Shown one piece after another: positions 1 through 10,844 of a stretch of 64,000 nt of DNA (position 1 is the stretch's first letter; every line of letters begins with the position of its first letter). The DNA comes from Paraspadella gotoi (Eukaryota > Animalia > Chaetognatha), in contig CM119271.1 of the NCBI GenBank assembly GCA_051294375.1, forward strand, positions 14,762,770 through 14,826,769. Reading direction: 5' to 3'. The position numbers and the translations under genes were made by a program. The notes under the pieces are model-generated. The model saw nothing but the letters and a program-made list of their open reading frames with translations, was not told the origin of the DNA and searched no databases.

Positions 1-36
1 GTACAATATAAAGTAATCCGCTATATAATACTTAAG

Positions 37-293
37 GGAGTGGTCTTTTCATACAATTGAAAAATTCTTTGAAATATTAAAATACTTCAATGATAGGGAA
101 GCCAGGTACTCTGGGAGTGAATAAACTAGACTAAGAGAGACTTGCTTAAAAGATTGCAGGGACCTGTTATGTCATTATCTTGTAAGAGTGATGGAGGCCT
201 TAAACCAGCAAAGCAGGAGGTCCAAAGTCAGGAGCAAGATAGCTTATTTGTTAAATGAATGGATAATTTTTATATTGGTTTTACCAATTTCAT
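37..293. repeat. Dispersed repeat, long copy (terminus ..TATATTGGTTGTACCAATTTCAT)
   Basis: Aligns by eye with 56239-56490, 25786-25922 and ~14306-14465, and with inverted fragments at 7961-8010, 35517-35548, 19450-19483, 6521-6562 and 6370-6432. Confidence 0.85.
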
Positions 294-383
294 AGCAAGC
301 TTTCAATCAAGATTCCTTCGCCGTCTACAGTTTAGTAACTCCCTAAGTTCCTGGCTTCATATTTGAACACCCCCCCCACCCAC

Positions 384-1040
384 CTTGGGCAGGATAAACC
401 TCTTCGTCTTTCCATCATGGATCGTCTCGCCAACTTCGTCAATGAGACTGACGAACTGCAACGCGTTCTGCACGATCGTGTGCACGATCTTCCCGTTGCC
501 TCGGAACGTGGTTCGCAAGGGGGCGTGGAGACGGCGGCAATGACTGTCCAATGCGGCCAAATTAGCGAAGGCGGCGCCGCAAAAGACGCAGGTACCGGGG
601 ACGCCGCATGATTTGCGGTGGCGCGAGAGATCGCAGGCGCGAGCGAAGGAGACGCCGCAGTCGACGCACGAGTGACTCCGCGGTTCGTGCATTCGATGAT
701 AATGTTTGCGCAGGAGAGAAAAGGAGGCGAAGAATTTCCTTCCGGCGCCGAGATCGTCGCCGACGCCGATAAAATAAGGACAGACGGAAACGGGACAAAA
801 GTAACGAGTTTCGACGACCTTCTCGCCGCTGGTCTCTCGGGTGAGTTGAGATCGGGCCAGCAGCAGCTTTCGGTCCTTCTCGTCGGCGACGATCTTATGG
901 GTCATGACCAGGTGCATTTTCAGCATGCCCTCGTGCTTGAAAGCCTTGCCGCAGCCGTCCACCGGGCAAACCGGTTCGCTCGTAGACCGGACGAGCTGTT
1001 CGGGAGGAGGGCAGACGCAATTAAAGACGGCGTCGGCCAT
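384..1040 (-). CDS. ATMIN: ATM interactor (ASCIZ) C2H2 zinc-finger protein, first exon; gene probably continues off the left edge
   Basis: N-terminal C2H2 array CPVDGC..KMHLVMTH, FCPVSVC..LRKHYHRMH, CVDC..DLSRHRKSCG matches the ATMIN finger pattern. Donor AAG|gtgggt at 383; the ORF-track tail after it is intronic. Confidence 0.75.
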
Positions 1041-1611
1041 CTTTGAAGACCCTTTACCGTCGAAGAAGAAAATTGTTTTTTTATCACTGAGTGAAAAATA
1101 ATAAGTAAAAGACGATAACGATTCAAAATTATGTCTACATTTTTTCTTTCATTAACAATGTTTATATTAAAAGGCTGGTATTTTTTTGACTAGTTCAACA
1201 TAAGAAAATTACACTCGAGACGAAGGCCTTTTATTTTGTGTGTGGGAGAAAAGAAAAGGAGAAAATGAAGACTTGAGCGAAAAGAAAAAGCGATGAAAAT
1301 AAATATAAGGTTTTGTCGAAATGGAATGTCTTGATATCTTTTTTTGTCTTTTCTGCTTAGCAAGCTTTCTGGACGTAAGGCGCCGGGGGGTTATGATAAG
1401 GAAAGACTTTCCAGTAAGAAAGTTTCTACGCTGAGGCGATAACGATCAGAGCCTCAAAATTCTGCGTAATTCTCAGAGAGAAAAAGGTCAGTTCATTTTA
1501 GCGAAAAATCCAAGTTGCGGTTGTACGGTTTTTCATGTTACTCTAGGTCGTTCGATGTCTTCTAATCATAGTTCACCTTGAAAAAAAGTTTAGTTACAAA
1601 ACAGATTCCAA

Positions 1612-4600
1612 TCAGATCTTCCAGGCTTCCGCGTCGAGACTCTGCAGCCTTCGCACTCTCGCTCGATTGAGGTGCAGCCAGAGAAATCCGACGACGAGGC
1701 AGATGATAGACTCGACGTAGTAACCGTCGACGACGCCGCACGACGGGCAAATCCAAGATGGCGGATGAAGGGACAGGGACTCGACGAACCAAAGCGCCAA
1801 GGTCGCCGGCCAATTCCCGCCCAAGTTGGATATAGTGTTGAGGAGGGTCATGTATGTCCCGCCGTAGCGAGGGTCGCTTCGACGGAACAAGGGAAAGGGG
1901 GGGGGGAAGTTAGAATTTTTAATAAAAGAGTATGACTGTCTAAAAACAAACTGTAAAAAGGCTAACTATAAGAGGGTATATTATCCTAATATGAGACAAG
2001 TATATTCTAAGATGTTCAGTGTAAACAGTTTAACTATAACCTGTTGAAAAAATACCGATATAAATCTCAAACTAGATCCACCTTATCCTGGCGCTGAAGG
2101 CCATGACTGCGACGAACATGGTGTTGGCCGGGATTTGCTGCAGAACATAAGAGACGACGATAAAGGCGTAATAGAAAAAGGAGAAACTTCCGTCGATCGA
2201 CTTGAAGGAGGGCGTCAGCCAGACAACCACCGTCAGCCAAAATCCCAGCAGGAGACGAAAGGGGATCATGCGGAGAAAGAAGTCCATCGGTCGGGGACCC
2301 GCCGTGTATCTGGCGATGGAAAGTAATGTCATAAATATTAAATAATCATAAATCATAAAGTTGCTTCTTCCCCTAACCTGCTAATGACCCACGGCATGAG
2401 AATGTTGACGGGCGTCAAAGGGATCGCTAACATCGCCAGCTTCTCTTTCGGGACGCCCGCCTCGATGAGCTTGAGTCCGGTGAGGGCGTCGACGGCGGCG
2501 AATCCAGCCTTGGAGGTGAGGTAGACCAGCGCCAGGGACTGGACGCTTTTTAAGCGCAGGATAGAGTAGAGAGTCTTGTAGGACTGGGCCACACCTGGAC
2601 TGGGTGGGTCCATACGCGGGTCGCTCTTCTCTCCCTTGAAGAGAAGGATGAGCGTGGTGGTGAAGAGAAAGGCGAGACCCCAGAAAAGGAGGAACCCGTC
2701 GAGGGTCACGATCCCGCGGGGCTGCGGCTCCGAGCGGAGCCAGGCGTTGGAGAAGTCGGCCGACTCGAGGGCGAGAAAGACTACGTTGCCAAGAAAGTAG
2801 CCGGCCGTTTGGCCCACCTGAAAAAATTATTTAAGCTTGTACATATTACTCTTATTTTATGCTAACTCTAATATCTTAACAACAGACCGTATTGCAGGTG
2901 GAGGCGAGTCCCACGTTGCGTCGACTCAACATCGTCAACGCCCACCCGTCGACGGCGATGTCCTGCGTCGCCGCCAGAAAGTAGAGAACGAAGAAGTAAG
3001 CGGTGAGTGCGCCGATGCGGCACGCGCGAGCCGTCGGGGCTGGCCCAGCGGGGTCGCCCGTTTCGGCGGTCCCGTTGGCGGCCCCAGCCGCCGGCTCGGT
3101 AGGAGAGGCGTCCCCAAGCAGATCGTCGACTTGGAAGGAGAGCAGGATCATGAAGAGTCCGAGAAGATACTGGACGGGAACTAGCCAAGTCTTCCGCCGA
3201 CCGAAGCTCTTCAAGTAGACGGCGTCCACCACCGGCGCCCAAAGGATCTTCAGCGAGAAGGGCCAGCTGACGAAGCTGAAGGCGGCGAGATCGTGGTAGG
3301 AGACGTTACGGCTTTTTAGGATGAGCGGAATACTTCCGGCCAGTCCCAGGGGAATACCCTAAAGAGGAAGAGTCTTTACAGCTGGGTAGCGAGGCTGTAT
3401 GAAATTTTATGCTATCCACCTTACTATGGCTTCAATATGGGACGGAGACGGATTATATGAGAATCAATAAAAATTTCATTTGCATATTGCGGTTATTTTC
3501 TAACACTGTTATAATTATCGCTATCGCTAACGCTAAAAGGCTGGCTCGAAGGTAAAAGATGATAAGAAAGCCAGACACAAAACTTAAAGATAAATAATCC
3601 ACTTATATAATGTCAGAACATTGAATTATGATAAATTATGCAAAAAAAAAAAAACGATGTCCGTCCATCTGTCCGTCTGTCCGTTCGTCCCACCTTAGCA
3701 AAAAACACTAATTATTCGTGATTGGATGGATGGATTGGAATGAAATTTTGTGTGTGGGTAGGAAAGTGTGTGATTGAGCTGGATATGAAGTTTCGATGGA
3801 ATCGTCCGATTGGAAATGAGTTTAAATGGAAAAAACAAAAAAATATATTTTACTATTTGAACACCAATTACTCATGAGTGAATGGGGCGATTGACTTGAA
3901 ATTTTGTATTTGGGTAAAAAAGTGTGTGATTGAGCTGGATATAAAGTTTCGATGGAATCGTTTGAGTGGAAATGAGTTTAAATGGAAAAAACAAAGAACC
4001 TGTTTCACTAATTGATGATGCTTCTTTTTCTTTTTATTTTAAATGTAAATGCAAGATGTATTAATTAATCAAATAATTAATCAGTTAATTAATTAGTCAA
4101 TTAATTAATCAATAATAAATTAATTAGTCAATTAATCAAGAACATTTCGAAACAAATTAATTAATTAATTGCCTAATTAAATAATTAACTTGAATAAATT
4201 AATCATTAATTGATTCAATAATTAATTAACTTTATTTAATAAATTATTAATTATTAATTAATTAATTACCGATAATGATCGTGGGCAGATCCGACATTAT
4301 TTGCTCAAACTTGTTTTTTACTTATTTTCTTTCTTAGCAGAAAGATGAGTTAACATGAAACGACAAATAGGCATATCTTCAGAAGTTCTTGGACATAAAT
4401 AATTTTTCTTTTTTGTACGTTTTATTTTTAAATCTTTACTGACTTTTGGTTTTTAGTTGTATTAATATCGTTCTTGATATTAATTAAAAAGAAATGATCC
4501 CGTTACATTCCTGCAAAAAAAAAAAGCTCAAATTCCCCACCAAACCTGAAGGATATAAAGAAAAAGAAGGACGACGATGTTGCGTCGATCGTCACCGGGA

Positions 4601-4776
4601 CAGTCGTTGCCAACTTCCTCCTCTTCCTCCTCTTCTCGAAAACCCATGGCGTCGACGGGATCGTCGAGTCGTGCCGCGTCTTCCGCGGAGGTCGAGGCCT
4701 CGGTCACGTGATCATCTTCTTTTAAGTCGACGGCGCGGCGGGTGAGGACGGACCCATCGCCGGCGGGTCGGTTCAT
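1612..4776 (-). CDS. SLC33A1: Acetyl-CoA transporter 1, 5 exons (4776-4546, 3358-2888, 2817-2378, 2309-2082, 1876-1612)
   Basis: Spliced translation gives LLFLYILQ|GIPLGLAGSIP, WPFSLKILWAP, ATQDIAVDGWALTML, SDPRYGGTYMTLLNTISNLGGNWP and DGYYVES; phases are consistent. Confidence 0.95.
3603..4319. mobile_element. Putative Helentron-associated (HINE/DINE-1-like) non-autonomous element in SLC33A1 intron 1
   Basis: Subterminal inverted repeat ATAATGTCAGA (3607-3617) / TCCGACATTAT (4290-4300), a GTCC/GTCT microsatellite near 3658-3690, an internal ~100-bp duplication (3741-3840 vs 3897-3995), and a 3' end CTTGTTTTT. Confidence 0.5.
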
Positions 4777-5473
4777 CGCGCGTGCGAAAAGCGTTCAGGA
4801 GGGAAAAAGCGGAAGCCTTTTAACTGATTTTTGTTTAAGTGTTATTGTTTTCTTGGCTTCGCTTATTTTGTTAGTAGGATTATAACGATTATTTCTGGTT
4901 TGTTTAAAAAAAAAAAGAAGGCTAAAATGTAAATGGATTTCCCCGACGGGCGGGGGGCGCGCAGGAACGTCTTTGTAAATATAAGAAATAGGGAATTAGA
5001 AAAGGCGGCTCGGTGGAGAATTCAAACGGTTCATACAAAACACCTTTTTCACTCCCAATTCATAATTTATAAAACTTTTTTTTAAAAATGCGTATAAAAA
5101 AGCGAGACTAATGAAACGGAAAAAAAAAAAGGCAATGAACGACGAACTCTGGAAAACAAGAGAGCAACATCGAAAGACAAGCGATGGTTTTTTTGTTTTT
5201 AAGTCCGCGACTAAGTCTATAACTCAGTATAAGGGGAAATGGTAGATGAATCAAAAGAGGCGCTTTTCTGTTTACCTGTAAAATATTTGTAAGAGGGTGA
5301 ATGTCACAACCCTCTAACATATTCCGTTGACTACTTTAGTCAAAAGCGTTTTACTTCTTCTCTGACTCTCAAAAAAAAAACTTTATAATTGAATTAATCA
5401 TAAAAAAACCAACCTCACAAGAATGAAATAAGAAATCTATCTATAAAACTATCTATAAAAAAACTCCCCCTTC

Positions 5474-8400
5474 CTAAAAATTCTGCTGCCTCTTCCTCTT
5501 CGCGTCGATGGCGTCGAGAATGGGCATCCTCTTCACTTGATATCTCCGCTTCAACATCTCCAACTCTCCCTCCAACTCCCGGTCGACGGAGGCGAGACGC
5601 CGCTGGAGTTCCTCGTAAGGACACTGGGCGAGAAAGTCCAAGTCTCCGCGCATGATTCGGTCGAAGGTCCAATCGTGATCCGCGTCGTGGACGGACGGGC
5701 GGTGGGGGTCGAAGGGGGCGTCCCCGTTGGGTGGAGCGGAGCCCGAGTGGCCGAGTCTCGAAGGGTTCGTGGAGGAAGGGTCGAGGCCGCGGAGACGAGT
5801 CGGAGGAGGAGCGGAGCCATTCGAAGGCGCGCCGTTGGAGGATCCGACGGAGACTGGACTCCAGCCCGTCCCCGGCGGATCGAAACGCGTGGAAGAGGGA
5901 TAATAGTTGACGAATGGGGACGGCCCCGTGTCGGCGTCGGAATGCTCCACGAAGGTGCCGGCCGGGCTGGGTATGTCCGGTTCGCCGCGTTGGACAAACG
6001 TCCCCGCGGGGGTGGGGATAGGCGTGTCGCCGTCATGGTGGCGCACAAACGTGCCCGACGAATTGAAGGAGGATCCTGTGTTGACGCCGTCGGGGTGCGT
6101 CCCGTTCATCGCCGCCGTCTTCGCCAAGTCTTCCTTCAAGAGGGAGGATGCGTCGCGTGGGAATCCGCCGGCGACAGCGCCGCCGCCTCCGCCGCGTCCG
6201 ACATCGACGCTGCGGAGATGACGATCGATCAACATCCCTTTCTCCCTCTCGCGGTCGAAACGATCGAAGTGGTCGAGGAAGGGAGGGCGATATCTGGAGA
6301 TCGATAATATGTCATGATATGTTATGTCATATTAAAGTGGTTCAATCTATACAAAAATATGCAATATGCATTCATTCAATAAATAAGCTAACTTGCCTGG
6401 TGACTTTGGATGGGTATGGTGGGTTAAGTCTTGTATCAATAAATCATTTTTAATTCGCGGAGAAACGACTTTTACGCTTTTTGGTCTAATTACCTTTTCA
6501 CTTTAACCTTGTTAATCTTTATCTTGGCCCTTACTTTGGACAGGCTATGCTGGTTTAAGGCCGCAATCCCACAAAATAATAACTTGGGAAGACCCAGTAA
6601 GTTTTCACTCGAGACTCTCTTACAGTCTAATTTAATAAATCCCAGAGCACAAAGCTTTCCCATCAATGGTATTTCAGATAAAAGAGAAAGCCTATCTCCC
6701 CCCCCCCGGAATTACCGTTCCTTCTTCGCTTCCTTCTCGACTCGCTCGTCGTCGTCGTCGACGAGACTCTCGGCGTCGTCCGAGGATTCGTTGATGACCA
6801 TCGTGCCGATGGAAGACTCCACCTCAACCATCGAGGACATGGAAGTGAGCGTGCCTCCCGCGCCGGAAGAGGTCTTCAGCGTGCCCTTGGCCGTGCTGAA
6901 GGCGTTGTCGTCGTCGTCTTCGCGTCGGCGGAGTGTGCCAGCGCCGCCGAGTCCCGCCTCCAGGGTTCCGTCGTCGCCGGGAACGAGGGTGCCTCCACCG
7001 CCGCCTTCGCGGGACCGACGGACCTGCGGATCGATCGTTGTGGTTTATTCACACCGCCTCACATCCAGCTTCATTCAGCCCATTGGCTCAGAGGGGGGAA
7101 CCGCGGGTCACCACCGCCAGTGACACTGAGGGTCGGAAGCCCCCAAATCCAACAGTGAGATGCCCCCATCCCGATGGGCATCACAGGCAACCCGGCTGTG
7201 ACCATACAATCACAATTTTATTAAGTTTAATGATTTTATACACGAAATGAATAACGAAATGAATAACGGTCGTGATTTCATTTTTATAACGGTCGTGATT
7301 TCATTTTTATAACGGTCGTGATTTCATTTTTATAACGGTCGTGATTTCATTTTTATAACGGTCGTGATTTCATTTTTATAACGGTCGTGATTTCATTTTT
7401 ATAACGGTCGTGATTTCATTTTTGTACGAGATACAAAAACTAACTCGGAGCTAATTTAGTTCAAAATAATTTTGATAAATTATTTTTTTAAAAATTATAA
7501 TTGGACGAAGACTAATCATAAATTTCAAAACCTTATCCGTCCATCCCTCTCTCTCTCTCCCTCTCTCTCTCGCACCATGGTCCCGCTATCCCCGCCGTCT
7601 TCATCGTCGCTCTCCTCCTCTTCCTCGGCGACGCTTTCCCTCTTCTCCCTCGCCTCGTTGATCATCGGCTTGAGGACATCGACAGGAGGCGCTGCTCTGA
7701 CGAACTCGTGCTGCAGCAGCTGCGAGGAGGATGCGCGGAGTTCGGGGTTTTTCACGAGGCACTTAGTCACGAAGTCCGTGAATTCGGGAGACCTGGGAGA
7801 AACGAAAAGGGTAAAGGCTCGCTGCAAACGATTCACCAAAAGTACTGCTACAATAATTTGACGTTTCACTATGTATATATATATATATGTCTAGTACGTA
7901 TTTTCTCAAAACTATGTGAGATCATTAATAATGTCTCAGTCGCATCGACTACACTGCAGTATGAAATTGGTACAACCAATATAAAATTTATCCACTCTTT
8001 CAATAAATAATCATTTGACTGCAACACAGCTAACTCATCAGCAAACATCAAAACAAGTCGTCACCCCCACCTCCCCAGTCCACACCCTCCCCACTAATTA
8101 CCACTTGTTTGGGTTTCGGAAAGACGGCGGCGGTTTGGCGGGAATCATGAAGATGGCGCGCATGGGGTGGATGTCGCCGTAAGGAGGTTTTCCCTCGGCC
8201 ATCTCCAGGGAAGTGATGCCGAGCGACCAGACGTCGGCCACGCAAGAGTAGCCGATCTCCTGGATGACTTCGGGCGCCATCCAGTATGGAGTGCCGATGA
8301 CCGTGTTCCTCTTGGCCATGGTGTCGGTGAGTTGACCGGCGACGCCGAAATCGGCCAGCTTGGCTTGCCCGTCCGTATTGAGCAGGATGTTGCCCGCCTT

Positions 8401-8626
8401 GATGTCCCGGTGGATCTTCCGGCGGAGGTGGAGATACTCCAACCCTCGGAGAGTCGATTTGAGGACGGCCGCAATTTCTTTCTCGTTGCATGTCTTTCCG
8501 CGGAGCTTCATGATATCGGAGACCTGAACGCGGAATTTATGATTTTATTCATTCTGTCACTTGTTAATTATTATTTCGTTCATTATTTCATTTATTATTT
8601 CCTTCATAATTTCATTATTTCTTTCT

Positions 8627-8668
<42 letters not shown>

Positions 8669-8997
8669 GATCCGCCCCCGCAGTACTCCATGACGATCCA
8701 TAGATCGGTGTTTTTAAAGTAGGAGCCGTAGTACTTGACGATGTACTCGGAATCGCATTGCTGCATGATGGAGATCTCCTTGATGATTTCTTGCAGGTCA
8801 GACTCGACGGGCACTTGCTTAATGGCCAACACCTGCCCGGACTCCTTGTGCATGGCCTTGTAGACGCTGCCGTAGGAGCCCTCTCCCAACTTGTGGAGGA
8901 TATCGAAGACTTCCTCCGGTTGGCGGGTGAGGCTCTCCTCGTCGAGTATTTGGTGGATTTTGGAGGAGGAGGAGGAAGAGGAGGATGACGACGACAT
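5474..8997 (-). CDS. STK3: Hippo/MST1-2 STE20 kinase, 5 exons (8997-8668, 8523-8102, 7792-7576, 7023-6716, 6293-5474)
   Basis: LDEESLTRQPEEVF, GEGSYGSV, HRDIKAGNILL, DFGVAGQLTDTMAKRNTVIGTPYWMAPE, YRPPFLDHF and a C-terminal SARAH domain ending PILDAIDAKRKRQQNF. Confidence 0.97.
7263..7423. repeat. Perfect 23-bp tandem repeat, 7 copies (ATAACGGTCGTGATTTCATTTTT), in STK3 intron 3
   Basis: Directly visible; units abut with no spacers. Confidence 0.95.
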
Positions 8998-9328
8998 CGC
9001 GATGACGGAAATATGAGTCAAGTTTATTTTGTTTTTTCAAGGAGTTGAATCACGTGACTCTTTGCCATCGCAGGTGGAGAAAACTCGATTCCCACATCAT
9101 ATATCGATTTCAGTTGTTTTTTTTCCTCTCTATAAGTGGACAACGAAAAAAGAGGTATATCAAAAAACAAAGGAAGTAACTAACTTCGGTGACTCGAGAA
9201 AATAAGTAATGAAACGCGAAAAATAAAAACCTAAAATTTTGAGAGAATCATGATGTTAGGAAACGAAACAGGTTAATGTGGTCTATTAAATAGCCTATCT
9301 CTCTCTCTCTCTCTTCGAGGCTCTTCTC

Positions 9329-10219
9329 TCATTCGTCGACATAGTCTGAATTTTTCGCGAGAATTGAGCACAAGCGATTCAGGTTTTTGCGACTCATCGC
9401 CACAACCTCGGCTATTGCTTTATCTTTCTCTTCGATCAAACGCTGGAGATTCGCCGTGGTTTGCTCTTTGTCTTTGTCGAGCCGCTTCAGATCTTCCTCG
9501 GCCCTTGAAGCTTCCTCTTCCTTCTCCTCTCTCTTTTTCCTCGCCGTCGCCAAGTCTTCCTTCAACCTCGACAACGACGAATCGGCGACTTGAATCTTTT
9601 GACGCAACTGCGTCTGCACCTCGCGCGCCGCCGTCATTTGCGCCGCAGCCACTCGGCGCATCTCGATCAATTCGACCGCCCCGTGCTCTTTCTCGCGTAT
9701 CAACGACCTCATTTCTTGGGAGATCTTTTCGAAAGAAGACATCAACTCGTTCATCGCGGATTCGACTTGGATCCCCCCTTTCGCCAAGGAAGGATTTCCA
9801 TCGAGGTCGTCGACCTGGGGTTCTCCAACTCGATCGCTTTGACCCTGATCGAGAAAATTGAGAGGCGGTGAAGACTGGGCTTTTTTGACGGAGGAATCCC
9901 TCGGATCTGCCTTCTCGCGGGTCAGACTCGAAACCCTGGAGGGTGAGACGAAATCGTTTCGCAAACTACGCTCGGTGCTGGGGATGGAGCCGCCAACAGC
10001 GGCGCTGCGGACCGGCGTTGACCTCATATTTCTGATTTTCTCGCCCGCGGGAATTTTCCTTTCTCCGATTCCCGACTTTATTAGATCTTTAACACGCCGC
10101 AGTCTCACCGTACATGGGGGGATATCGACTGCGTCGTCGCCGAGCGGCGACCCAACAATCTCGTGGAGTCGGCGACGACTTCGTTCCGACGAACGGATCG
10201 ACTGTTTTCGTTTAGACAT
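9329..10219 (-). CDS. Single-exon protein of unknown function (~296 aa) with a basic, disordered N-half and a C-terminal coiled coil
   Basis: Long ORF with exon-like GC content bounded by AT-rich DNA; first ATG at 10219 (MSKRKQ); heptad-rich E/K/R C-terminal half. Confidence 0.7.
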   Translation of the reverse strand: MSKRKQSIRSSERSRRRLHEIVGSPLGDDAVDIPPCTVRLRRVKDLIKSGIGERKIPAGEKIRNMRSTPVRSAAVGGSIPSTERSLRNDFVSPSRVSSLTREKADPRDSSVKKAQSSPPLNFLDQGQSDRVGEPQVDDLDGNPSLAKGGIQVESAMNELMSSFEKISQEMRSLIREKEHGAVELIEMRRVAAAQMTAAREVQTQLRQKIQVADSSLSRLKEDLATARKKREEKEEEASRAEEDLKRLDKDKEQTTANLQRLIEEKDKAIAEVVAMSRKNLNRLCSILAKNSDYVDE

Positions 10220-10844
10220 TTCGATCGGATTCAAGGGGCGACTTTTAATATCCTCTTTATCTTTCAAGCTTTAAACTTTTTCAGTCTCTTCCTTGAATTA
10301 AAAACTAAAGACGCAGTTAAAATGAATAAACTTATATCTATCATTAATCATTTTAATTATCTCAAGCCTTCAGCTCTTTCCTTTTTTTTCCCATAAAAGG
10401 GGCAGAGGGGTCTATATGACATTAAGAACAAGCCAAGACTATAAATACTAACTAGTTACGAAAATCTGTACTACATAAACTACGTAATTTCGAAAAAGCA
10501 TGACAGAAAGAAATCTAATTGATAATGAATCTAATGTCAATAACATCCCACGAACAATTGAAACTGTAAAAAAACTTAATAAAATCGTGATTCGTCCTCA
10601 TGAGAAATTAAATATTCTGCGAAATAAACGGAGGTACGAATGAAAAAAGAAGAGGAATCATGGGTGAAGAGAAAGAAACGAATAAAAACGGCTTTCTTAA
10701 AACTCACGATATATGCCTAATAAAATTCGTATATTGCTAATAAATGGCGAGTGTATATAACAAAAAAGAGAATAGAAAATAAAAAAGGAACTTGGCCGTC
10801 TCCGGGGCCACTCCGGGGAGGCGTGGAGGAGGAGGAGGAGAGGG

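Noticed and set aside
7263-7423. 23-bp repeat array as a CRISPR array
   Set aside because: Units abut with no spacers, it lies in a eukaryotic intron, and there are no cas genes.
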